Positions 19,491-27,674 of a stretch of DNA of 59,537 nt are shown one piece after another. A model generated the notes under the pieces. That model did no database searches. It saw only the letters and a list, made by a program, of their open reading frames with translations, and was not told where the DNA came from. The stretch spans positions 1-59,537 of the forward strand of contig DASZUY010000238.1 in assembly GCA_035547495.1 (NCBI GenBank). The letters are read 5' to 3'. Within the stretch, counting starts at the first letter, position 1, and the number at the start of each line of letters is the position of its first letter. The DNA is from Parafilimonas sp. (GTDB lineage: Bacteria; Bacteroidota; Bacteroidia; Chitinophagales; Chitinophagaceae). A program made the translations under genes and the position numbers.

Positions 19491-19839
19491 GCTACAAATC
19501 CGAGCTATCGTTTCATTTCAGTAAAATGAATTGGGAAGGAAAGTCCGGACAACACAGGGCAACCCATCCCGGTGTATACCGGGACACTCGTTTTACGAGG
19601 AGAGATAGTGCCACAGAAAATAACGACCTCATCTAACCTCTCCGAAGGAGAGGAAGAGGACATGGTGAAAATGTGAGGTAAGAGCTCACAGCAACTTGCA
19701 GTAATGTAAGTTGGGGGTAAACCTTGGGTGTTGCAATGCCACATAAGGAAACGTTTGAGAGCTGCCCGTTCAAGTTTCCGGGTAGGCAGCATAGATAAAT
19801 GATAGCATAGAACAGAATCCGGCTTACGGGGTTTGTAGC
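19491..19839 (+). ncRNA. rnpB: RNase P RNA (bacterial type A)
   Basis: Conserved GAAGGAAAGTCCGG, AGTGCCACAGAAA, GGTAAACC and ACAGAATCCGGCTTA. P1 helix GCTACAAATCC pairs with GGGTTTGTAGC. Confidence 0.96.
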
Positions 19840-19857
19840 TTTTTTAAATTTCTTACC

Positions 19858-21219
19858 ATGAAAAAATTTCAATCCATCTTTCCGTACAATCAAGAGTTAG
19901 TTGCAGAATATCCTTTGATGCCCGAAGAAGAAATTGATGCAATGCTTTCATTATCTGAAAATGTTTTTTATAGCTGGTGTGCTAAAACGTTTGCACAACG
20001 TGCAGAAGTTTTTTTAAAGCTTGCAAAACTGCTGAAAGAAAAAAAAGAATCGCTTGCAACAATTATTACCAATGAAATGGGCAAGCTTACAAAAGAAGCT
20101 GTTTCCGAGATAGAAAAATGTGCATCAGGCTGCGAATATTTTGCAGCGCATGCAGCAGAATTTTTAAAAGATGAATTGTATAAAACGAATTATAAAAAAA
20201 GTTTTGCAACCTTTCAACCTATTGGTGCAGTGCTTGCCATTATGCCGTGGAATTTTCCTTTCTGGCAAGTATTTCGTTTTGCAGCGCCCGCATTGATGGC
20301 TGGCAATGTTGCTTTGTTGAAACATGCACCAAATGTTTGTGGCTGCGCCTTAGCATTACAGAATTTGTTTGAAGAAGCAGGTGCAGAAAAAGGTGTTTTT
20401 CAAACCGTGATTGCTGATGTTGATGTAGTTGAAAAAATTTTGCAGCATGATATTGTGCAAGGTGTTTCTTTAACCGGAAGTGAAAGAGCCGGAAGCAGCG
20501 CGGCAAGCATCGCATCAAAGCATATAAAAAAATCTGTGCTTGAATTAGGCGGTTCAGATTGTTTTATTGTGTTGGCTGATGCTGATATTAAGAAAGCTGC
20601 AGAAGTTGCTGTTGCTTCACGCATGCAAAATGCAGGGCAAAGTTGTATTGCCGCAAAAAGATTTTTTGTTGTAAAAGATATTTTAGAAGATTTTACTGAC
20701 GCTGTTCAATCAGAAATTAAAAAATTAAAACCTGGTAATCCTTTTGATAAAGACACAACATTCGCACCAATGGCAAGATTAGATTTAGCAGAAACTTTGA
20801 AAAAACAAATGGATAAGTCTGTTGCTAAAGGTGCAGCAATTATTTTGGGCGGTGAAGTTGACGGCTGCAATTATCAGCCAACACTATTAACGAATGTTCA
20901 TCAAGACATGCCTGCGTTTGATGACGAAACTTTTGGTCCGCTGTTTTGTTTGGTAAAAGTGGAAGATGAAAAAGAAGCTGTCGATTTTGCAAATGCCTCC
21001 CGTTTTGGTTTGGGCGGAAACATCTGGACAAAAGATATTGAGAAAGGAATTTCTTTAGCAAGAAAAATAAATTCAGGAGCTGTGTTTATTAACTCGATGA
21101 CTAAATCAGAACCGGCGTTACCTTTTGGCGGAATAAAAAAATCGGGTTATGGAAGAGAGTTAAGCAATCGCGGAATAATGGAATTTGTGAATGTGAAGAC
21201 GATTACGGTAAGTGAATGA
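19858..21219 (+). CDS. NAD(P)-dependent succinate-semialdehyde dehydrogenase-like aldehyde dehydrogenase
   Basis: IMPWNFP, LTGSERAG, LELGGSD, NAGQSCIAAKR, ETFGP, PFGGIKKSGYGRE. Confidence 0.92.
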   Translation: MKKFQSIFPYNQELVAEYPLMPEEEIDAMLSLSENVFYSWCAKTFAQRAEVFLKLAKLLKEKKESLATIITNEMGKLTKEAVSEIEKCASGCEYFAAHAAEFLKDELYKTNYKKSFATFQPIGAVLAIMPWNFPFWQVFRFAAPALMAGNVALLKHAPNVCGCALALQNLFEEAGAEKGVFQTVIADVDVVEKILQHDIVQGVSLTGSERAGSSAASIASKHIKKSVLELGGSDCFIVLADADIKKAAEVAVASRMQNAGQSCIAAKRFFVVKDILEDFTDAVQSEIKKLKPGNPFDKDTTFAPMARLDLAETLKKQMDKSVAKGAAIILGGEVDGCNYQPTLLTNVHQDMPAFDDETFGPLFCLVKVEDEKEAVDFANASRFGLGGNIWTKDIEKGISLARKINSGAVFINSMTKSEPALPFGGIKKSGYGRELSNRGIMEFVNVKTITVSE

Positions 21220-21335
21220 CCTCACCTAAATCCTCTCCAAAGGAGAGGACTTTAAACCACTCAAATACTTTGTAAAGTGGAAAAACTCAGCCTCTTTCTT
21301 TCTCTTCTCCTTTGGAGAAGGGTTGGGATGAGGTC
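21218..21335. repeat. Inverted pair of REP-like palindromic repeats between convergent genes
   Basis: GACCTCACCTAAA-TCCTCTCC-AAA-GGAGAGGA (21218-21249) and the inverted copy CTTCTCC-TTT-GGAGAAG-GGTTGGGATGAGGTC (21304-21335). Confidence 0.8.
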
Positions 21336-21356
21336 GAAGAAATGAAGTTTTAATAG

Positions 21357-21914
21357 TCAGTTCCTATCAAAATCATTTTTCCAATCTTTTGAAATATTCT
21401 TCGCTTTATCTAACACAGATTTTTCCAATTGATTTTTATACGCTGAAATTTTCTTTGAAACATTCTCATCAGCTGTTCCAATAATTTGCGCTGCGATAAT
21501 GCCTGCATTTTTCGCAGCATTCAACGCAACCGTTGCAACAGGCACACCGTTTGGCATTTGTAAAATAGAAAGAACAGAATCCCATCCATCTATTGAATTA
21601 GAAGATTTAATCGGCACGCCGATGACCGGCAAAGTTGTAAGGCTTGCGATCATACCGGGCAAATGAGCAGCGCCGCCGGCGCCAGCTATTATAACTTTTA
21701 ATCCGCGCTCAGCAGCCTTTGTTGCATAATCAACCATACGCCTTGGCGTACGATGTGCTGAAACGATTGTCAGCTCAAAAGCAATATCAAATTCTTTTAA
21801 AATTTCTGCAGCATCTTTCATGATGTTTAAATCACTATCACTGCCCATGATGATGCCGACGATTGGAGTTTGTGAGTTTTCTGTTTTCTGTTTTCTGTTT
21901 TCTGTTTTTGACAT
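21357..21914 (-). CDS. purE: N5-carboxyaminoimidazole ribonucleotide mutase
   Basis: IMGSDSD, VSAHRTP, GAGGAAHLPGM, QMPNGVPVATV. Confidence 0.97.
   Translation of the reverse strand: MSKTENRKQKTENSQTPIVGIIMGSDSDLNIMKDAAEILKEFDIAFELTIVSAHRTPRRMVDYATKAAERGLKVIIAGAGGAAHLPGMIASLTTLPVIGVPIKSSNSIDGWDSVLSILQMPNGVPVATVALNAAKNAGIIAAQIIGTADENVSKKISAYKNQLEKSVLDKAKNISKDWKNDFDRN
21876..21903. repeat. Heptamer tandem repeat (GTTTTCT x4) inside the purE 5' end
   Basis: Seen directly; encodes KTENRKQKTEN. Confidence 0.85.
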
Positions 21915-21934
21915 TGTAAAAATTAAAAAGTAAA

Positions 21935-23053
21935 CTATGAAACTACCTTCAAAATGTTTTTAATCTTATGCGCTTTGTAAGTTAAATCAGTTCTGTCTTT
22001 ATTGATGATTGTAACATGTCCCATTTTTCTGCCGGGCTTTGTTTGCCGTTTTCCATACAAATGCACAAACACATTTTCCATTTGCAAAACCTCATCTAAT
22101 CCTTCATATTTCGCTTCACCTGAATAGCCATCGGCGCCCAATAAATTTACAATGGATGAAGGAAGAATCGGATCTGTATTTCCTAACGGATAATTTAAAA
22201 TGACGCGCCATAACATATCATACTGGCTGCAATAATTTGCTTCGATCGTATGATGACCACTATTGTGAACACGTGGTGCTGTTTCATTTACAAACACTTC
22301 ATCATTTTTATCAACAAACATTTCAATCGCAAACAATCCGGCGCTCTTTAATTCCTTTACTACTTTTAAAGCAATGGCTTCGGCTTTCCATAAAACACGT
22401 TCAGGTAATTCAGCGGGAGAAATTTGATAATCCAATAAATTCAGAACAGGATCAAAGATCATTTCTGCGGGCGGATAAATTGCCGTCTCGCCTTTGTCAT
22501 TCATTGCAACAATAATGGCAATTTCTTTTTTAAGATTCACCATTTTTTCCAATACAGATGGTGCATTAAAGCCTTTATCTAAATCACTTTCATTTCTCAC
22601 AATTTGAACGCCTTTACCATCGTAACCACCTTCACCAAGTTTATGTACAGCCGGTAAAAAATCTTTGTTGTTTTTTAGTTCAGATAAATTCTGTGTGATG
22701 ATATAAGATGGCGTTGGAATTTCTTTTGACTTATAAAAATCTTTTTGTGTGATCTTATTTTTTATTGTCCGTATAGCAGATGGTTTCGGATAAATTTTTA
22801 AACCTTCACTTTCTAATTTTTCAAGTGCCTCAATATTTACTGCTTCAATCTCTATTGTGAGTGCATCAACGTGTTTACCGAAATGATAAACCGTATCAAA
22901 ATCTTTTATATCACCTTTTATAAAATGATTGCATAAATGCGCTGCCGGGCAATTTTCATCATTCTCTAAAACAAAAGTTTCTATTACATAATTTGCGGCG
23001 GCCTGCAATAACATTCTCCCTAATTGTCCGCCGCCAAGGATACCAACTTTCAT
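21935..23053 (-). CDS. purK: N5-CAIR synthase (ATP-grasp)
   Basis: GILGGGQLGRM, GYDGKG, APRVHNSGH, HLYGK...GRKMGH; adjacent to purE. Confidence 0.97.
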   Translation of the reverse strand: MKVGILGGGQLGRMLLQAAANYVIETFVLENDENCPAAHLCNHFIKGDIKDFDTVYHFGKHVDALTIEIEAVNIEALEKLESEGLKIYPKPSAIRTIKNKITQKDFYKSKEIPTPSYIITQNLSELKNNKDFLPAVHKLGEGGYDGKGVQIVRNESDLDKGFNAPSVLEKMVNLKKEIAIIVAMNDKGETAIYPPAEMIFDPVLNLLDYQISPAELPERVLWKAEAIALKVVKELKSAGLFAIEMFVDKNDEVFVNETAPRVHNSGHHTIEANYCSQYDMLWRVILNYPLGNTDPILPSSIVNLLGADGYSGEAKYEGLDEVLQMENVFVHLYGKRQTKPGRKMGHVTIINKDRTDLTYKAHKIKNILKVVS

Positions 23054-23085
23054 AAAATTGAATTGCGGCGAAGATAAATTTCTTC

Positions 23086-23158
23086 TGAATTATAAATTAT
23101 AGGTTATGAGTGATAAGTTTAATAAGCGTTGATAATTTATCATTCATAATTCATAATT
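23086..23158. repeat. Degenerate heptamer repeats in inverted arrangement
   Basis: TGAATTA TAAATTA TAGGTTA TGAGTGA, followed by the inverted TTCATAA TTCATAA. Confidence 0.6.
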
Positions 23159-23180
23159 TCTTCTCAACTTTGTATCAACG

Positions 23181-23270
23181 ATGCTACCAGATTATCCACA
23201 TAAATCTTTTTGCGATAAACGCATCAATTATTGCCTGCTAATGGAAGTACTTGCCATGGGCGCGGCATAG
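23181..23270 (+). CDS. Candidate 29-aa leader peptide upstream of hppD
   Basis: ATG..TAG encoding MLPDYPHKSFCDKRINYCLLMEVLAMGAA. It starts 8 nt after a CAACTTTG -7-like box and ends 70 nt before hppD. Confidence 0.4.
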   Translation: MLPDYPHKSFCDKRINYCLLMEVLAMGAA

Positions 23271-23340
23271 CGCTGTTCTTCCGCTTTGCGCGTTAATGCG
23301 CTTCTGAATTTTTACTTCAAAATTTAATTACATAATTTTT

Positions 23341-24471
23341 ATGGAAACGATAGTTGCTGAAAAAAAAGCAAAACAAACTGATATAGATTTTTTACCACTC
23401 GAGGGAACAGACTATGTTGAATTTTATGTGGGCAATGCAAAACAAGCCGCGCATTTTTATAAGTCTGCATTCGGCTTTCAAAGTCTTGCTTATTCCGGCC
23501 CTGAAACAGGCATAAGAGATAAAGTGAGCTATGTTGTTCGTCAGAATAAACTCACGTTTGTATTTACAACTGCATTAAGAAGCAATAATGAAATTGCAGA
23601 GCATGTGTATAACCACGGAGATGGTGTAAAGTTTTTGGCTTTGCGTGTAAATGATGCAACCGATGCATGGCATCAAACAACAAAGCGCGGTGCAAAAAGT
23701 TTTTTAGAGCCGGAAAGATTACACGATGAAAATGGTGAAGTTGTTATCAGCGGAATAAATACATATGGCGAAACGGTGCATCTTTTTATTGAAAGAAAAA
23801 ATTATAACGGCATTTTTATGCCGGGTTTTGTTGAGTGGAAATCTGAGTTCAATCCACCTTCAACAGGTTTGCAATATGTTGACCATTGTGTAGGAAACGT
23901 TGGCTGGCATCAAATGGATACATGGGTAAAATTTTATGAAGAGGTAATGGGCTTTAAAAATATTTTATCGTTTGATGATGAAGATATTTCAACAGAATAT
24001 TCTGCATTAATGAGTAAGGTGATGAGCAATGGAAATGGTTATGTAAAATTTCCGATCAATGAACCGGCAGAAGGAAAAAAGAAATCGCAGGTAGAAGAGT
24101 ATTTGGAATATTATGATGGTGAAGGTGTGCAACATGTTGCGCTTGCTACAAATGATATTGTTCAAACCGTAAATGATTTAAAAAGCGGGGGCGTGGAATT
24201 TTTGAAAGTGCCTTCTACATATTATGATGATTTGATTGAACGTGTTGGAAAAATTGATGAAGATGTTGAGCCATTAAAAGAATTAGGAATTTTAGTTGAT
24301 CGTGATAACGAAGGTTATCTATTGCAAATTTTTACTAAGCCGGTTGAAGACCGGCCAACATTGTTTTTTGAAATCATTCAACGCAAGGGAGCAAAGAGTT
24401 TTGGCAAAGGAAATTTTAAAGCCTTGTTTGAGGCGATCGAAAGAGAACAGGCGTTGCGTGGCAATCTTTAA
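23341..24471 (+). CDS. hppD: 4-hydroxyphenylpyruvate dioxygenase
   Basis: VDHCVGN, FPINEPA, GVQHVAL, GYLLQIFT, FFEIIQR, FGKGNFKALFEAIE. Confidence 0.97.
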   Translation: METIVAEKKAKQTDIDFLPLEGTDYVEFYVGNAKQAAHFYKSAFGFQSLAYSGPETGIRDKVSYVVRQNKLTFVFTTALRSNNEIAEHVYNHGDGVKFLALRVNDATDAWHQTTKRGAKSFLEPERLHDENGEVVISGINTYGETVHLFIERKNYNGIFMPGFVEWKSEFNPPSTGLQYVDHCVGNVGWHQMDTWVKFYEEVMGFKNILSFDDEDISTEYSALMSKVMSNGNGYVKFPINEPAEGKKKSQVEEYLEYYDGEGVQHVALATNDIVQTVNDLKSGGVEFLKVPSTYYDDLIERVGKIDEDVEPLKELGILVDRDNEGYLLQIFTKPVEDRPTLFFEIIQRKGAKSFGKGNFKALFEAIEREQALRGNL

Positions 24472-24611
24472 CTAAAACTTCATACGAAAAGAACAATTAT
24501 GTTAATGGTTGATAGTTTATTTGCATGTCAGGAATTGTTTTCAGCTTAAGAGTTTAAACTTTTAACCTGGTTAACAATTCCTGAATCTATTTATGCGTTA
24601 TTTTGGTGCGT

Positions 24612-25367
24612 ATGAAAAAATTTGTTTTACTCGGTTTGTTTGTAATCTCCGGTTCCATAATTTTCGCACAAGGTTCTTTTATAGATTATCAGCGAAATTT
24701 TCCGCGTGTTGCAGATGCGCTAAATCGTAAAACAGATACTTTAAAAAAACAGTTTGCTGCCATGGGTTTGCAATGGCCCGCAAGAGAAATTTACATCCGT
24801 TCATTTAAGTATGACAGCCAGTTGGAAGTTTGGGTACGCAACAACGATAATGAACCTTTTAAGCTTTTTAAAACGTATGCAGTTTGTGCGCTTGCAGGAA
24901 CACTCGGGCCAAAAAGAATGGCGGGCGATTACCAGGTTCCGGAAGGATTTTATTACATCAATGCATTTAAACCAAACAGTGCATATCATATGTCGCTTGG
25001 TTTAAATTATCCAAACGAATCAGATAAAATTATTAGTCACGATGCAGATCCCGGTGGTGATATTTTTATTCACGGAAGTTGCGTAACGGTTGGTTGTATT
25101 CCCATCCAGGATTTTCAGATTGAAGAAGTGTATATTCTTGCAATGAGTGCAAAAAGCAATGGAGAAGATTTTATTCCTGTGCACATTTTTCCTGTTCGAT
25201 ATAACAATCCAAAAAGTATGGCATATTTTGATAAAGCAACAAAAGATGAAGCCGACGTTCAAAAGTTTGATATGAAGCTGAAACAAGTGTATGACTACTT
25301 TGAAAAAGAAAAAAAACTTCCTATAATCTCCATTGACCCTAAAGGTGAATATGAAATCATGAATTAA
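24612..25367 (+). CDS. L,D-transpeptidase family protein (YafK/DpaA-like)
   Basis: GPK...GDYQVPEGFY, LGLNYPN, IFIHGSCVTVGC. The signal peptide begins at MKKF (24612). Confidence 0.88.
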   Translation: MKKFVLLGLFVISGSIIFAQGSFIDYQRNFPRVADALNRKTDTLKKQFAAMGLQWPAREIYIRSFKYDSQLEVWVRNNDNEPFKLFKTYAVCALAGTLGPKRMAGDYQVPEGFYYINAFKPNSAYHMSLGLNYPNESDKIISHDADPGGDIFIHGSCVTVGCIPIQDFQIEEVYILAMSAKSNGEDFIPVHIFPVRYNNPKSMAYFDKATKDEADVQKFDMKLKQVYDYFEKEKKLPIISIDPKGEYEIMN

Positions 25368-25424
25368 CATTCGAATGATTTTGTTTCTTCAATCTATATT
25401 TTTATAAAACCCGTTTTTTTGCCT

Positions 25425-25802
25425 ATGAAAGAAAAGTTGCGCATCGATAAATATTTATGGAGCATTCGCATTTTTAAAACAAGAAGTTTAGCTGCTGAGG
25501 CATGTGATAAAGGAAGAGTAAAACTGAATGGTGTTGCAGTTAAGGCATCGAAAAATGTAAACGTTGGAGATGAGTACGATATTAAATCAGAAGAAAGAAA
25601 ATGGGTGATAAAAGTTGTTGATCTGCTCGATCATCGTGTGCAATATGCTGAAGCAATAAAATTTTATATTGATCTTACGCCTGCAGAAGAAAACGAACGC
25701 ATGGAAATGCAGACATCAAGTTTTCATACAGGAAAACGTTTGAGTAAAATTGGTCGTCCTACGAAAAAACAACGAAGGGATCTCGAAGATTTTATGGAGT
25801 AA
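25425..25802 (+). CDS. hslR: S4-domain ribosome-associated heat shock protein Hsp15
   Basis: LRIDKYLWSIRIFKTRSLA...GRPTKKQRR. Confidence 0.9.
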   Translation: MKEKLRIDKYLWSIRIFKTRSLAAEACDKGRVKLNGVAVKASKNVNVGDEYDIKSEERKWVIKVVDLLDHRVQYAEAIKFYIDLTPAEENERMEMQTSSFHTGKRLSKIGRPTKKQRRDLEDFME

Positions 25803-25851
25803 CAGTTCGCCGCTTACTGTTTGCCGTTCACCGAAACAATAACTTTGCTTC

Positions 25852-26529
25852 ATGAACATTCACATTCTTACCGTATTACCTGAATTATTGGCAAGCCCGT
25901 TAAATCACAGCATCATTAAACGCGCACAGGAAAAAAAATTATTGCAGATACAAATTTTCAATTTGCGTAAATGGGCAATTAATGAATACGGGCAGGTTGA
26001 CGATTATCAATATGGCGGCGGCGCAGGTATGGTGATGATGTGTGAGCCTTTAGCAAATGCGATTGAAGAATTAAACAGCCAACATCAATATGAAGAAATA
26101 ATTTACACAACACCGGATGGCGAAATGTTCAACCAAAAAGAAGCGAACTATCTTTCTCTGAAAAAAAATATTTTAATCATCTGCGGGCATTATAAAGGAA
26201 TTGATCAGCGCATAAGAGATCATTATATAACAAAAGAAATTTCTGTTGGTGATTTTGTTTTAAGTGGTGGCGAATTGCCGGCAGCAATTATTACAGATGC
26301 AGTTGGCAGGTTGATTCCGGGTGTGTTGAATGATGAAACTTCTGCGTTGTTTGATTCTTTCCAGGATGATCTTTTAGCGCCACCCGTTTATACAAGACCC
26401 GCAGATTTTAAAGGTTGGAAAGTTCCGGATGTTTTGCTAAGTGGAAATCAAAAACAGATAGATGAATGGCGTTATGAAAGATCTGTTGAGCGAACGAAAA
26501 TGAAAAGACCTGATTTGTTGAAAGACTAA
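25852..26529 (+). CDS. trmD: tRNA (guanine37-N1)-methyltransferase
   Basis: [44 protein letters not shown] box lies at 25840-25847. Confidence 0.97.
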   Translation: MNIHILTVLPELLASPLNHSIIKRAQEKKLLQIQIFNLRKWAINEYGQVDDYQYGGGAGMVMMCEPLANAIEELNSQHQYEEIIYTTPDGEMFNQKEANYLSLKKNILIICGHYKGIDQRIRDHYITKEISVGDFVLSGGELPAAIITDAVGRLIPGVLNDETSALFDSFQDDLLAPPVYTRPADFKGWKVPDVLLSGNQKQIDEWRYERSVERTKMKRPDLLKD

Positions 26530-26629
26530 AATTTTTCTAAGCACGAAATTTTAAATCCTAAATCCGAACAAAACATTCAACTAAAAAATTGTCATTCCTG
26601 ATTTCGAATTTATTTATTTGAATTTTTTA

Positions 26630-27670
26630 TTAAAACTTTACTGTAGGACATTTTACCGCTTTACCAAAGGCAGAAAATACACCGGTTTTTACAAGCGATA
26701 ATTCATACGCCCCCTGGGTTTGACTATAAGAACCCAATGATGAATTTGTTGCATCATAACTTACAGTAACACTTATAGAATTTACCGTGCAACCAATCAT
26801 TGGAATGAGGGCGTCTTTTGCACGATAATATAAACCACCAATCAATTGCAAGGCACCATCGCCGCTTAAATTATAATGCGCATTCATGCCGCCCACAATT
26901 TCTGTTGCTTTGCTTTGCATACTGAAGTAAACGTTAGGATTGATGATCCATTGATCATTCAGTTTAAAACTTCCGTTGAAGAATGCGTTGTAACGCATCG
27001 GCACTTTTGTATCAGCAATGTTGTTTGAGAAAAAAGATTCTTTTGGTGAATTGATGTGATCAACACTGAAGCCTGCATTTAAGTATGCATTGTCAGAAGG
27101 AAAATAAGCATAGTTCAAACCCGCTTCAAAATCCAAATACCAAACGGATGGCGTAGTAAACGGTTCATTGCTTGGTATCGTTACATCAAAAAACTTTCCG
27201 TTCCATTGATCGTTAAACGTGAGCTTGGTAATATCAATCTTTTTATTCACCACACCTAAACCAAATCCACCGCTTAATAAACTTTTGTATCCAAGTAACT
27301 GGTGATAAGCAACCGAACCATAAACCTTAGTACTGCTGAGATTGCCGCTGCCTGCAACATCTTTTAATATAACACCGCCAACGCCGAGCCAACCATTTTC
27401 AAATTTGTTATTGAACAACTGCGCATCGCCCCAGGCACTCATTGTTTTGTATGGATTATTTAAAATGCCAGCCCATTGATTGCGATAATTTATTCCAATG
27501 CGATAATCTGCATCAGGCTCAAAGCCCGTGTTAGCAGGGTTTGTTAGCAACGGTGCATTGAAGTATTGTGAGAAATGTAAATCCTGCGAAAAAGATTGTT
27601 GAATAAGAAGCAAACAAATACTGCTCAAAAAAAATCTGCAAAAAATTTTTAAATTTTTTTCCATAAACAC
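26630..27670 (-). CDS. PorP/SprF-family T9SS outer-membrane protein
   Basis: QDLHFSQYF.APL..NPANTG and NYRNQW; directly downstream of a type B CTD gene. Confidence 0.92.
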   Translation of the reverse strand: MFMEKNLKIFCRFFLSSICLLLIQQSFSQDLHFSQYFNAPLLTNPANTGFEPDADYRIGINYRNQWAGILNNPYKTMSAWGDAQLFNNKFENGWLGVGGVILKDVAGSGNLSSTKVYGSVAYHQLLGYKSLLSGGFGLGVVNKKIDITKLTFNDQWNGKFFDVTIPSNEPFTTPSVWYLDFEAGLNYAYFPSDNAYLNAGFSVDHINSPKESFFSNNIADTKVPMRYNAFFNGSFKLNDQWIINPNVYFSMQSKATEIVGGMNAHYNLSGDGALQLIGGLYYRAKDALIPMIGCTVNSISVTVSYDATNSSLGSYSQTQGAYELSLVKTGVFSAFGKAVKCPTVKF

Positions 27671-27674
27671 CTCA

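Noticed and set aside
19505-19893. Minus-strand ORFs of 95 and 86 aa
   Set aside because: They lie antisense to RNase P RNA and have no protein motifs.
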